This document shows positions 37,600 through 49,296 of a stretch of 64,000 nucleotides of DNA, piece after piece. The notes under the pieces were generated by a model. The model saw only the letters and a program-made list of their open reading frames with translations. It was not told the origin of the DNA and did not search any database. Made by a program: the position numbers and the translations under genes. Position 1 is the stretch's first letter. Every line of letters starts with the position of its first letter. Source of the stretch: Curvularia clavata (lineage: Eukaryota); the NCBI GenBank assembly GCA_023920165.1, contig CP089279.1:2852001-2916000 (forward strand). The letters run 5' to 3'.

Positions 37600-38330
37600 G
37601 CATACGTGCATTGAACCGTGGTATAGTCGGTACTATATCTTAGTAATCTTCAAGATGCCAAAGGAGCATCACAGCAGTTCAATCCACGTTGCTAGGCATT
37701 GCGTCTGTCGTAGAGTTATGCATTTGGCTCTTCACTTTCGGCCCTCAAGACGTATTTCGATACTACGGAGCCATCAATCAAACCGCATCTTCATATTATG
37801 ACAGGATCTTCAAATATTCTGCTATGAGGCTGAGTCCATCTTATATGTTTGCTACAATCTCCCTGTTGATAATCTCATTTCTGCTGCGATATCGTCACGC
37901 CCTTATCTGGCGAACATGGCTTCAACCGCATTCTGGAGTGGCATCACTGTCACCAGCTTCAGCCTAGGCGCTGTAACTGACAGTTTGGGTGTGGGGCCCG
38001 CAAAAAGTCTCTATCTCCTCACGATAGCTTGTCAATTGATCTTTCCTTGCGTCTCTGAGCCTAGCACATCCGTGGTAATCATGGTATCCACTGGCCTTTT
38101 CATAGAGCTTATGCTCACTTCCGGAGTTGTCGTTCTTACCGGACTATAGCCAGTCATGATACACGTTACTGCTGTATCATGTGTCGCTTCTGTGGGACAC
38201 TTTAGAACCGCTTTGCTGCGTTTTCTCATTTATGTTTACATCAAGGTATGTGAACTGGTATTTTCTTTGCTACTATTGTCACTTTGACCATCACTGTACT
38301 CTTTGTAAAAGTTCCTATCTCCCAAAGGCG
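37600..38330 (+). pseudogene. Decayed MFS transporter fragment (Bsc6/fucose-permease-like C-terminal half)
   Basis: Pieces in shifting frames: PWYSRYYIL, LGIASVVELCIWLF, FLLRYRHA, MASTAFWSGITV..LGAVTDSLG, GVVVLTGL*PVMIHVTAVSCVASVG; frameshifts and TAG at 38147; ends approximate. Confidence 0.65.
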
Positions 38331-39402
38331 GGCGCCTCAAAATTATATTTATGACGGCAAACTTCACAGTGGGGATGTCTTGTGTTGGCTTCATAGTCAC
38401 CGACCTGATTTTACATTGCGATCAGTGTAGTTGTTTTGGTAAGGCAGCTTATATCCGGCTATTCAGCCGCACAGAGAGGAGAGGCCCTCCTGTTATCCTG
38501 TGGGTCCCATAACAGACATTATAGATACTTCTTGGGGGCTCTAGAGTTGATAACTCCGCACAAAACCAGCAACAAACTACTATTCGCACCACTCAAGCTT
38601 GCTGTCACCCTGTAGCCACTTCCTAAATGCAAGATGTACCTAGATCATACATTTCAAAGGTCGTTCAGTCACCATCAACTGCTCTAGGGAAGAAATCACA
38701 GCACCTAACTGATCCAACATCGTTTTCAAGATTATCATAGCGTACGCTAATTCCGAATGCAACGTCTTCACTACCGCTATCCGCATCATCTTATTTATGC
38801 TGATCGCTCTGCTCATGAAACAGTGTGTCTCGGGTCTACAGCACAGTCTCAGGAATATTCGACCGGTAAAAGAAGCTCATCAGTGAGAGCAGATCCCATT
38901 CCCTTAGTCTCGCTTAACCTGGCACATCTGCAAAACGGAATTATACCAAGCGAGGGCCTAAGAAAATTTCGAAGGATGTGGTGAACAACGGGTTGCTAGA
39001 TCTGCAGACCAAGCTAGAGAAGGGAAAGCAGAAAAGTGAGAGATAGATGCGCGCTTAACGCCTCTTCCATCGAGAGGAAACACGGTTCATGTCTGACAGC
39101 GTCCACACATTGAGAGAACCCATCAAAAAGCAGGAAGTGTGGCGGGCAGTGTCAAAGGGAATGCCTCACTCCAAGGCGGCTGAGTTCCCGCGGTAGCTGG
39201 GTGTCCGCGGCGCATGACTCGCTGCATTGATCTGGATTACACTGTGGCTGCAACAAGATTCACCATACCGCGGCCCCTTACTGCTCGCAGCACGATATCC
39301 TCTGGAAGGACTTGAATTTCCAACTGTTCTCCATTATAGGTGTGCTTGTATCCTCCGGTTTTTTCGATTCTGACTATCATTCTTTACATCATTCTCACAG
39401 CC

Positions 39403-40878
39403 ATGGACCGAGAATGGAAACCAGACGTCAACTTCAGCCCTTGGGGCCCCTTTGTGGGTAAGGGCTTCAAGTATGACACCATCACATATACCGATATCAC
39501 AATATCGTCCGTGGTATGGGCTCTGACGCTCGTAAATCTACTGATAGCGGCATGTCTTGGCTACAAGCAGTGCCGTAGCTCACGTTCGCCTTTAAGGAGC
39601 GTGTACATATGGATGATATGGTTGGAGATGGTTGCATCATTCATCATGGGACTGGAGTGTTACTTATTCGTGCTGAAATACATTAGACCGAGTAGGTTTT
39701 TCCCTATTGACACGCGCTCAAATAACTAATCTGCCTAGGTGTTTACTTTTATTGCTCTGTTTGTAAGGGTTTATGTAAAGATACCAACAGTCCGATACTT
39801 ATATCTAACTCTACCTAGTGGTGATGTGGTGTCTGCAGGTACAGATGTTACTTCAAATCATCATTAATCGAATCCGTCTTATCGTACCCGATCGCAATCA
39901 TACACGGAAGTGGATGATTGTAACTGCGGTTATAGTGACTGCGATCAACATTAGCGTGTTCAACATATGGGTTCCGGCCCGACTCCAAGTTAATCATACG
40001 TACGTTCAGCTTGTCTTTCACAATGCAGACTCTGATAAACATTAGGTATTACCTCGTCAATGAAATCTGGGATCGGGTCGAAAAATTCATTTACCTTATC
40101 ATAGACGCTGGGCTCAACTGGTACTTTCTCAAAGTGGTAAAAGAGAATCTCGTCAATAACGGTCTTCAAAAATATAACAAACTCCTCCGCTTCAACCAGA
40201 GAATCATCATTCTTTCCCTCCTTATGGATGTTATGATTATCGCCGCCATGTCAATTCCAAACTCCTTCATGTAAGCCTACATCTCCCATTTGAAAATAAA
40301 ACATTAATTCAAGCATTTAATTCAGATATATCCTATTTCACCCACTTGCCTATCTTGTAAAACTCAACATCGAAATGACCATGGCAAACCTCATCAAGCG
40401 GATTGCCGTTTCTTCCTCCCACAAAGTCGGAGGCGACCGCGCCCGCATCGCAAACGAATTCGATCTCTCAAATCTGTCCATCTCGGGCCAAAAATCTAGC
40501 ACCATGCGCGGAACGCACGCATGCCGCTCCTCGCTCGTGGAGATGTCTAGCTTCGGACCCAAGTCGGCGCCCGAGCATGAGGTTACCGCCCAGGGAGGAG
40601 TCAGTTTCATGCATATGAGCGATCAGATTAAGATTACGAAGGACATACACATCCAGAGCGAGGCTATTGAAGGAGATGTCTTGGGCTCTGCTAAGGAGAA
40701 CATGCAGGCGAAAGGATTGGAGCCAGGAGAGATTAGCGAGGTGCGGAGTAAGAGCGTGGATGATCTTACAGAAGATGAGAGCGCGAAGAGTGTCTACATG
40801 CAGGGTAGAGGAGACAGTGATGATGAAAGACACTTGGTGGGTTACCAGCAGAAGGGGACATGGTATAGATTAGGGTAG
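39403..40878 (+). CDS. Fungal multi-pass (7TM-like) integral membrane protein (4 introns, 24-nt micro-exon 39739-39762)
   Basis: SVYIWMIWLE, WCLQVQMLLQIIINRI, VFNIWVPARLQ, WDRVEKFIYLIIDAGLNWYF, FHPLAYLVKLNIEMTMANLI; canonical splice signals join ORFs 39340, 39818, 40011 and 40375. Confidence 0.85.
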
Positions 40879-41243
40879 CGAAGTAGAAGGGTCTAAATCG
40901 TAGACGATCAGACGCAACAACAGACGAGAGCATCGTTGATGCTTCATGCGAAATTTGGAGATTATGTAATTGGTATTAACTGCAAAGAGAATCTGTCTCG
41001 CACAGTTACTATAAGCAAAACCCCCACTACAACAACACCACTTCATGCTGCGATAAAAGAGTGAAAATGTGTCAGTAATTATATACTTTCAATCCCTGCT
41101 TTCTACACCTACGTAGGCTTTCGGTTCAAACATACACTTGAGCACATTACTGTTGCGGCATAGTCTTTGGCGCGGACAGAGTTGGTCAAGTTTGGTAGGG
41201 CGGCCAACTTACTGTCATGGCCAACTTACTAATGGCTACTTTC

Positions 41244-41397
41244 TATCTCATGAATCAGGCCCTTGGCCGTAGCATTTATCCGAGCCAATAGAACCGTAGG
41301 CTGCACATGCATCTCCTACATAACCAGCTTCTCATTGGTCCAGATGCTCCTAGCGTCTCGCTAAAGCCTGACAGACAAGCGCCTGATTCATGAGATA
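41244..41397. mobile_element. MITE-like element, ~150 bp, TA-flanked with terminal inverted repeats
   Basis: Left TATCTCATGAATCAGGCCCTTG, right CAAGCGCCTGATTCATGAGATA: 21 of 22 complementary, TA at both outer ends, no ORF. Confidence 0.65.
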
Positions 41398-41923
41398 ATG
41401 CATTCAATGCATTTCCAATCAGATATTATTCCTGTGTGGCTTACAAAGATGGAATGCATATAGGCGAAATAAACCATTTTCAAATTCCCCATTTGGCGGT
41501 TTGGATAGTATCTCCTGATTAGAAAAAAAAATCCAAACTCGGCTACTTGATAGTCTCTATCTCAGGGAGAGACGCGATACTGGCTTCAGCGCGACCAGTA
41601 GCCTACAGGTGCTCACGAGTAGGCTAAATGGTTTCGCCGCTGGCCCATTGCGACGTTTTGTGGATCGGAGTGAAGTTCTTCTTCGCCTTAAACAAGAAAG
41701 TGAACCTGATGCTTGGTCCCGATATCATCTTTGCTCAGTCATCATATTCCCTATTCAAGTTGTTGCCATTGTTCATATTCAGTAGCTAAACTCGCAGAAC
41801 CTCTTCTTGTTTTTCATCGTGCTTCGAAAAGATTCACGTAGTTAGCAATTCCACTTTCACGCCTCGTCCATCTCTTGCTCGCTCTTACATCGTTGGCCGG
41901 TTGACTTTCTGCCTTTAACAACT

Positions 41924-43792
41924 ATGTCGCCTGGTGGTATCGATTCCAGTGCAGCAATCGAGCCATGCGCTATGACAGGAATCGAAAAAGATGGCAGCTC
42001 AGCTCCAGAGACGCTCGTTGCCGATAGTACGAATCTAGCACAATCAACTACTGAGAACGTGGACAAGAGCAAGTCTCCCCGACCTGTCCACGGAGTGAAG
42101 GTATGGAAACAGTACTTCTGCAAAAGCCAATAGGAATTCGGCTCTACTTACTAGTTTGATCGCAGTGGTTCCTTATCGTCGTCTCTCTCCTGGCGTCCTT
42201 CCTGCTCTACGCCCTCGACACGACCATTGTGGCCACCATCCAGCCCGCCATCGTCAACACATATGGCCACGTCGATCTCGTCCCCTGGCTCAGCGTTTCC
42301 TTTGCCCTCTCTTCCGCCGCAAGCACGCTCATCTGGTCTAAGGCATTCGGCCTCTTCTCCGCCAAGAAGCTGTTCCTTGGTGCAACAGCACTGTTCATGG
42401 GGGCGTCGGTTCTCTGTGGCGGCGCTCCAAACATTGCTGGCTTCATCGTTGGTCGTGCTATTGCAGGTGTTGGCGGTACTGGCATGTATATGGGACTTTT
42501 GACTATCCTTTCGGTCAACACCTCTGAAGTCGAGCGCTCCCAATACCTCAGCCTCACTGGTTTCTGGTGGGGCATCGGCACTGTCTTAGGCCCCATCATT
42601 GGAGGCGCCTTTGCTGAGAGCTCGGCGACCTGGAGATGGGCCTTTTACCTTAACCCTTGCGTTGGTGCTGCTGTTGCGCCCATTTACTTCCTGATTATGC
42701 CAGACCACCATCCTGTACCTGGCTTGTCATTGCGCTCGCGCCTTGCCAAGCTAGATTACGTTGGAGCGGCTCTTTCTTGCGGCGCGGTCCTCTGTATCAT
42801 GATGGCAATGAACTTTGGAGGCGTTCTCTGGTCTTGGGGTGACGGCAGGAGCATCGCTCTGTTCATACTGTCTGGCGTCTTGTTCGGTCTGTTCTGTGCC
42901 CAGCAAATCCTCTGTTCCATGACTTCCACAACGGATCGCATTTTCCCCGTACATTTCTTCCTCAGCTACGAAATGGCCATCCTGTTCGCTACCATGAGTA
43001 CGTATTACCATATTGCTTCAGTCCGAAACGAAACCGGGGAACACTAACAGCCTGCAGTGTTTTCCGCATTTGGAACATTCATCACAATCTACTACCTCCC
43101 ACTGTACTTCCAGTTCACTCGCGGCGCCACCGCCCTCCAGACCTCAGTCCACATCTTACCCTATATCTTGTTTCTCTCCGCTTGCGTCTTATTCAATGGA
43201 CATTTCATGTCAAAAACCGGTCATTATTATCCATGGTATGTCTTTGGCTCGGCATTGCAATTAATCAGTGGAGCTTTGCTTTGTAAGTACAACTCATCTG
43301 CGCGAACTGCCTTTGTATTCCCATTGTGCTGACAGACGTTGTGTAGACACTGCTGATGAAAGCACTAGCAACGCCAAAATCTACGGTTACACCATCCTTC
43401 TCGGAACTGGTGTCGGTTGTTACTGCCAAGCTGGCTTTCCCGTCGCACAGATGAAAGTTGCCGCCTCCGACATTGCCTACAGCGTTGGCTTCATGACTGT
43501 CAGCCAAATGCTTGGCATTGCCTTAGGTACTGGCATGTCTGGTGCTGTTTTTGTCAACCAGGCGCATGATGGTCTTCAACGCATTTTCCCTAACGCATCT
43601 GCTGATGAAATTTCTTCCGCGGTCGCTGGTGTGGGAAGCGATGTCATCGATAAGGCAAGCAAGGAGACTGCCTCTGCAGCCATTCACGTCATTGCTTTGG
43701 CAATCCAGGATGCATTTATCCCTGTTTTTGTCACAGGTGCAATATCCTTCTTGTGCAGCTGGGCTATGAAGAAAGAAAAGCTCTTTCAATAA
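41924..43792 (+). CDS. MFS drug:H+ antiporter, DHA2 (14-TMS) family efflux pump (3 introns)
   Basis: LYALDTTIVATIQP, FIVGRAIAGVGGTG, GTVLGPIIGGAFAESSATWRWAFYLNP, YYLPLYFQFTRG, QAGFPVAQ. Confidence 0.93.
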
Positions 43793-44450
43793 AGTGACTT
43801 GGATGGCCACGTGCTGGTCTCGGTGAAATCCTAGTAACTCTCCCCAGTTTTGCAATTCTGTACGATTAACCTGGAGACATGTCCGCGCTGAGAAGCCTGA
43901 TTTGCAGATATGGCACGTAGTGTGTGGGAAATGTAATCAATCAATTCGTTTAAGATATTTGGAAAAGAGAGAAGCTGAGAGCCGTGTGCCAGAAGTTGCG
44001 GACTTGGAACGGTAATCCCGAGCTTGTGGCTAACCGTGGCAAGAGCACTGCCCCATCGACTAGTAGCGGATAACTTCAATTTTGCCACCAATGCACCCCG
44101 CAAAGTGGCCACCCTGTTGGAAAAAATACCGCGACTCAGCACCAACCAAAATTACTAACAAAACCACGTGACTACCAAGTTGCCGTAAGGCCCTTACTTC
44201 GCAAGTCTATAGCGCTACCACGCGATAATAAATATGTAGAAAAATCTCAAGAACCTGTTTTTAATATGTAAGGAGGCACTTGTACGTTTTTAAAAATTAT
44301 GAACATGTAAAAAAGAGAGATAACTACGTATTGATGTTAAGTCAAGGCATTTCAGAGTCACACTATTTTTTTCAGCAGGTGTGGTAGTTTTGCAATCAGC
44401 TTTTCAGCTGCTGTATTCCGCCTATGTCCGCACAAAAATACTACCAAGAT

Positions 44451-45768
44451 TTAAGCAATGATCTCAGTGTCCGGCTCGATATCTTCAAGAACCTCATTGA
44501 CCTTATGTAGCCCCCTCCTCTGACTTGGTCTCCTCCAGCAACCCATTGGTATATTTCTCTACGAGCACCCTCATTTCCTTCTTGGCCCTTTGCTACGTCA
44601 GCATTACTTTACTAAGGCGATGAAGTTGACTTACATATCACGAAATTTTCTCTCGTTGGGGTAGAGAGCGGAGACTAAGAAGTCATAGCGTCTAAAATGT
44701 GGTGAGCATATTCAGATTGAGCCATATAGCAGTAGGATACATACAAAGCATATAACGCATTGCGGTCATCCCAGTCTTCATGTGGTTCAGAACTTCCCAT
44801 CACCTTCTTATAGTGCCAAAGATACGGTCTCCCGAGACGATATCGCTGCGCCCTCCAAGGGCCAAGGTCTGCCTCATTGTGGCCCCAAAAGGCACAAGAG
44901 CCGAACAACATAAAATTCCCAGTGTCTGCATCGAGCATACAGTTGCCAGGCCACAGGTCGGAATGAATCAATCATGGCTTGATGGAGCGTCCTCCGGATT
45001 CCAATGGCCGAAGCAGTCTCGGTATAACGTTCTTGCAGAGGGCATCGAGCAGGCTATCTAGCTCTTTATCCTCACCTTGTGTCAACGTTTCATGCTCATA
45101 TATCGACTTCATGAGCTTCATAAAGAAGGCTTCCCAAGTATCTTGCCAGGCATTATCATTCGGAATGTTCGCGAGATGCGTTGTCGTGTCGAATCCAAAT
45201 TTACCTGTTGGAGAATTGCCCATACTGGCTCGGTGGACTTTGGCAACTATAGCGACCAACTCATAAACTTCTGGCACTTGGTTGAGCATGTCGTGGAATT
45301 CGCACACATAGAACCATGTGCCTGGTTCATCCTTGAATTCCCCAAACCCAGTTGGCTTTGGCACATTGTCTGGGGCGTAAGACCAGTATATCGAGTCAGA
45401 TTAGAAAGCTCCGTACATCATACGTTGGCCAGACTCGCCAGCTTCATACTAGATTCATTCATCAGTGCTATCAAGATTATTCAACATACAAATGTACTTA
45501 CCTTCATGAAGTACGACTGGAGATCACCGTTTTCCAACTTCGCATCAATACGAAATGTCTTACACCAAGCGCTTGCTCCGGAAGGAACCACTCGAAGGAT
45601 CTTAATGCCTTCAGGTAATTCTACGCCAATGAGGACTTTCAATGAAAAACGGCGGAGTCAGGATTTACTTGCAATGACGTCTTCGTCTAGATAGTTGATT
45701 GTAATCGGGTTTGCTTCACATTCACGTTTTAGCTTCTCAGCATACGCTTCGGCTGGGTTTGTGGACAT
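44451..45768 (-). pseudogene. Fructosamine-3-kinase / ketosamine kinase family gene with two in-frame stops
   Basis: SPTGKFGF, VIPRLLRPLESGGRSIKP*LIHSDLWPGN, FWGHNEADLG, DDRNALYAL; TAA at 45401-45403 (GAF*SD) and TGA at 44972-44974; introns still canonical. Confidence 0.85.
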
Positions 45769-45889
45769 GATCGAGATTTCCAAGAGCTGATACAAGACAT
45801 AGCAATCAGAAAAGATGATAAGGTTAAAATATGGGTGACCGTGTCTTTGTCCAGCGAATTCCTTTGTCTGTTTTCGTGACGCTGGCGCT

Positions 45890-46120
45890 TGCCTTCTTAG
45901 TCTGTCTTATTACTAGAACATATTCTAGTCTATTGGATTAGATTCCCGTTTAGCACTACTAAAACTGCATAGGATAGTAGAAATATCTTAGATTAGGTAG
46001 ACACTTAGAAGCCTAATATATAGGGATATCAAAAATCTATGAAAGAGTGTGAAAGAGTTTCTCTTAGTATAGATCTCCTTCAGATATCAACTAAATCCAG
46101 ATCGGGTCCAGGTGAGCTAT
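45890..46120. repeat. TpA-rich, AT-rich relic, possibly RIP-mutated repeat
   Basis: Dense TAG/CTA/TAT, few CA/TG, no ORF; judged by eye. Confidence 0.4.
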
Positions 46121-46435
46121 CTTACTGGGTGACTATTGGGCAGTGAATTGTTATAACCCTACTCTCATCCAACAGAGGATCTTTTTCGTTATTTGTAACA
46201 ACTAAAGTAGATCGCATAGGAGGTGTTAATAGTTCACCAATTGGTAGACATGGATTATCGAGTATATAATCTCTCTAATTCACTAATTTTGAGGAGTAGC
46301 GGATTCAATCATCTGTCTCCATTTTGTTTCCTTGGTTCGAAGTTTCCTAACTCCAACAAAGAGTCATGAGCCGAAATGATTCTAGACAAAGCATATTCAG
46401 TCGTGTCTTATGCACACAACGCTCAAGCGCTTGAA

Positions 46436-46964
46436 TTATTCTTCTTCTAGACTCCAGCCTTTCATTTTGTTTCCTAATTTCTCCACCTCTTCTACTGCCG
46501 CATCTCTCTGACTTTCCAACCCTTTGATGTAGTCTATCTCTACCGCTGGCAACATACGTTTACTTGGCTTCCATGTGTCTGTATCCATTACATCACTTTG
46601 AAGTGACATGGTTACCATCCCCCGCAACCGCTCTAACCTCGAATTTAGCTTTTCGCGGTATTTGCCCTCCCCTTGAGTATATGGCATGCACCCTATGTAC
46701 GGATGAATTGGTTTGTAGTGGCAGGGTCTTCTGAAGTGGGGCGGTGGAGGCGCGGACGACCGTGCTTATGTGGAGGCGGGGGGTGGCGGGAGGCTTAAGT
46801 GTGAGGTCATCCGGGAACGGATGTTGGCTCGCAACAGGGCAGGAATATGTAGGATTACTGTTGCCACTGGGTGTTAACAGAAGTGAAGGAATGGACGGAA
46901 ATGTATTCCTGTAATCGACGGGAATGGAAGTAAACTGAGCATCTCCTGAGCCGCTTGTAGACAT
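46436..46964 (-). pseudogene. Degenerate bHLH transcription factor
   Basis: PYTQGEGKYREKLNSRLERLRGMV..KPSKRMLPAVEIDYIKGLE resembles HxxxERKYRxxLNxxLERLR..KPSK..IDYIKxLE; basic-region residues altered; Pro/Ser-rich 5' ORF is in another frame. Confidence 0.6.
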
Positions 46965-47164
46965 TTAGTCGTAATTTGAATAGGCGCTGAGTTGAATTTC
47001 GGACGATCCAGGTACCGTGTCAGCAATTGGTGGTATGTTGATGAAGATCCTGGGTTCTTTTGGCTGGTGCAACGGCACAATTGGTAAACAAGCCGCTTTC
47101 TTCTTCATGCTGGCTCGATTGTCTTTAATGAACCTGAAGTTTACAAGTTCAGTCTCGTAGCGCC

Positions 47165-48172
47165 TCAACCAGCCCATATTTCATGTTTTGAGTTTAACGA
47201 ATCAGGGCGCCGATTGCGGTCAACCGAAGAGAAATTCGACGGCTGCCCGTTGTTATACTTTGGAACACCATGTATGCGATCCAATCTAAACTGTGACGAA
47301 GCCGTGACATCGCTTCTTTGCGACCTCTGTAATGTGGCAGTGGGCCCCGGAGGCATAAGACGGCAGTCGGAAATATCGAGATCATGTCCAATGAATGAGA
47401 AGGAGTCAGTACAGGTACAGGTTGGGTATTGAGTGATTAAGAGTAGCTGATTTAAGACGTAGAACTCGAGTTTTAACTTGATGCTGTAGACGACGGTCTT
47501 GTAGGTCGTTTGAATATCGAAGTTGTTGGTGAATTCGGTAACGATTAGACTGGCGTCCATGGCGACAACGAGGAGATTGACGAGAATTAGGTGCTGGATT
47601 ATCTTCCTTTCTTTGGGTCCCCTGAATTCTAGAATGGGTTTGAGAGTGCGGGAGGCCTCCCAGATGTAAATGCTGGCAATGATGCTCTCCTGGATAGAGA
47701 AACCGGTGAGTTGAATCTTCTCGTAGATGGAAAAGGCTTTGGTGAGTGAGTTGAAGGTGCGAATGTTGATGGCGAGGTACAATGCCGAGACAGGCAAGTG
47801 GAGGACCATGAAATTGGTAATAATCATGATTAGCACCCAGCGAATCTTTTTGCGATCGCTGACCAGATTTAGTCGCGAGAAAAGCACAACAGCCTGGCCA
47901 GTCACCATGGCCCACCAGCCCAGGACAATAATGAACGACATGACTGCGTTTGGTGCGAGGCCGAACATGCGCAGCAGCACAGCTGTCGCATGGACAGGGA
48001 TCCCGATACATGCAACAAGCATGCTCCAGAAATATAAACCTCGTCGGTTTTTGAATCGGTAGAGGATAGAGAAGAGGATTTCGATAGAATTGTAGATAGA
48101 AATGCCAAAAAGGGCAGCTATCGTCATGGCTCTGGGCAACGATAGATGTACGGACCCTGACTCCCCCGCCAT
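47165..48172 (-). CDS. Intronless fungal 7TM-like integral membrane protein (DUF7703-like)
   Basis: YNSIEIL..FKNRRGLYFWSML, MVTGQAVVLFSRL, YEKIQLTGFSIQESII, YSIKLKLEFYVLNQL; alternative ATG at 48181. Confidence 0.85.
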   Translation of the reverse strand: MAGESGSVHLSLPRAMTIAALFGISIYNSIEILFSILYRFKNRRGLYFWSMLVACIGIPVHATAVLLRMFGLAPNAVMSFIIVLGWWAMVTGQAVVLFSRLNLVSDRKKIRWVLIMIITNFMVLHLPVSALYLAINIRTFNSLTKAFSIYEKIQLTGFSIQESIIASIYIWEASRTLKPILEFRGPKERKIIQHLILVNLLVVAMDASLIVTEFTNNFDIQTTYKTVVYSIKLKLEFYVLNQLLLITQYPTCTCTDSFSFIGHDLDISDCRLMPPGPTATLQRSQRSDVTASSQFRLDRIHGVPKYNNGQPSNFSSVDRNRRPDSLNSKHEIWAG

Positions 48173-48599
48173 CGTGGTCAATAGGTGGAAACGGCTTGTG
48201 CGTAGAACACACGCTCACGAAGGCGAGAATGTAATACCGGATACGAGCAAGTTACACCGTAGCGATCCGTTAGAATGGGAGAGCATCGCAGACAGAGTAT
48301 GAATGAGCTCAACGCTGCGACTCTTTACATTACGTATCTGCTGCATATTTAAGGGGGTATCATTTACGGGCTACCACCCCTCTCTGCCAGCGCCACTAAC
48401 GCCACCAGTGCCACTAGTGGTACTAGTGACACCAATTTTTGCAGCGCTCTCAGCCAGCAACTTGGCTAGTAACTCAACTGGGAGTTCAACAAGAAACTTT
48501 AAAAATGGTCTTTCGCAGCTTAACGTCGTCTACCAGCCATTGTAAGCGCGGTTGGCTTCGGAATAGAGTTGTTAGATCTGCAACAGTACGAGGCTCCCC

Positions 48600-48830
48600 T
48601 GTGCCATACAACTAAAATTACATCAATAGTCAGCTATATAGCAATTCCCTGACAGAGCCTCCTTAGCCTCTAGTATACCTTAGCTATGTTACATGTGGTT
48701 GGGCTATACTCCTTTAGTACTTGATCTGTGTTACAGAGCTAGCTATTAGCGGTAAGCTATGTGATTGCTATGTAATTCTAATAGAAAAAAACTAAAAGAA
48801 ACTATATCTTTTATAGTGTGTAGAACATCT
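48600..48830. repeat. TpA-rich relic, possibly RIP-mutated repeat
   Basis: Many TAG/CTA/TAT (agctatatag, ccttagcctctagtataccttagcta); no ORF. Confidence 0.45.
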
Positions 48831-49296
48831 GAATGAAGAAACTCTTTTTATACATATTGTGAAGCGACGCAACGATACTCGGAGTGCTTTACATGTTCTA
48901 TCGCAGCGCTAGACTGGCTGATCACTTCATTACTAGCGTAGCGCTTCTCTACTTGTAGGTCGTTGCGTTGAATGACGAGGTCGGGGAAGACTCGGATGAT
49001 GGATAAGAGGTTTTGCCCGGTATCATCTGTCTTGAGTAGGTCCTTAGAGGGTAATACCTATATAATGTTATGTTTCAGAGACAAGCATTGTACGTTTCAA
49101 TGCCATCTTTGGTGAAGCTGAACTACTAGAAGTTCGCTCAGATTACACTAAGGGTACTATCATATGTGATGCACCAATGCATTGCGTTTGTAGACTTAAG
49201 ATACAGTGTTAGGTCTTCGTGAAATGCTGCCTTTACTCGCTAATTAAAAGGTGTTTTTTCAAGGTACAGGACCCAGCCATGCCCATCAAAGTTCGC

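Noticed and set aside
47406..48218. 270-aa alternative-frame ORF over the membrane protein gene
   Set aside because: Off-frame product with no motif; the other frame matches a known family
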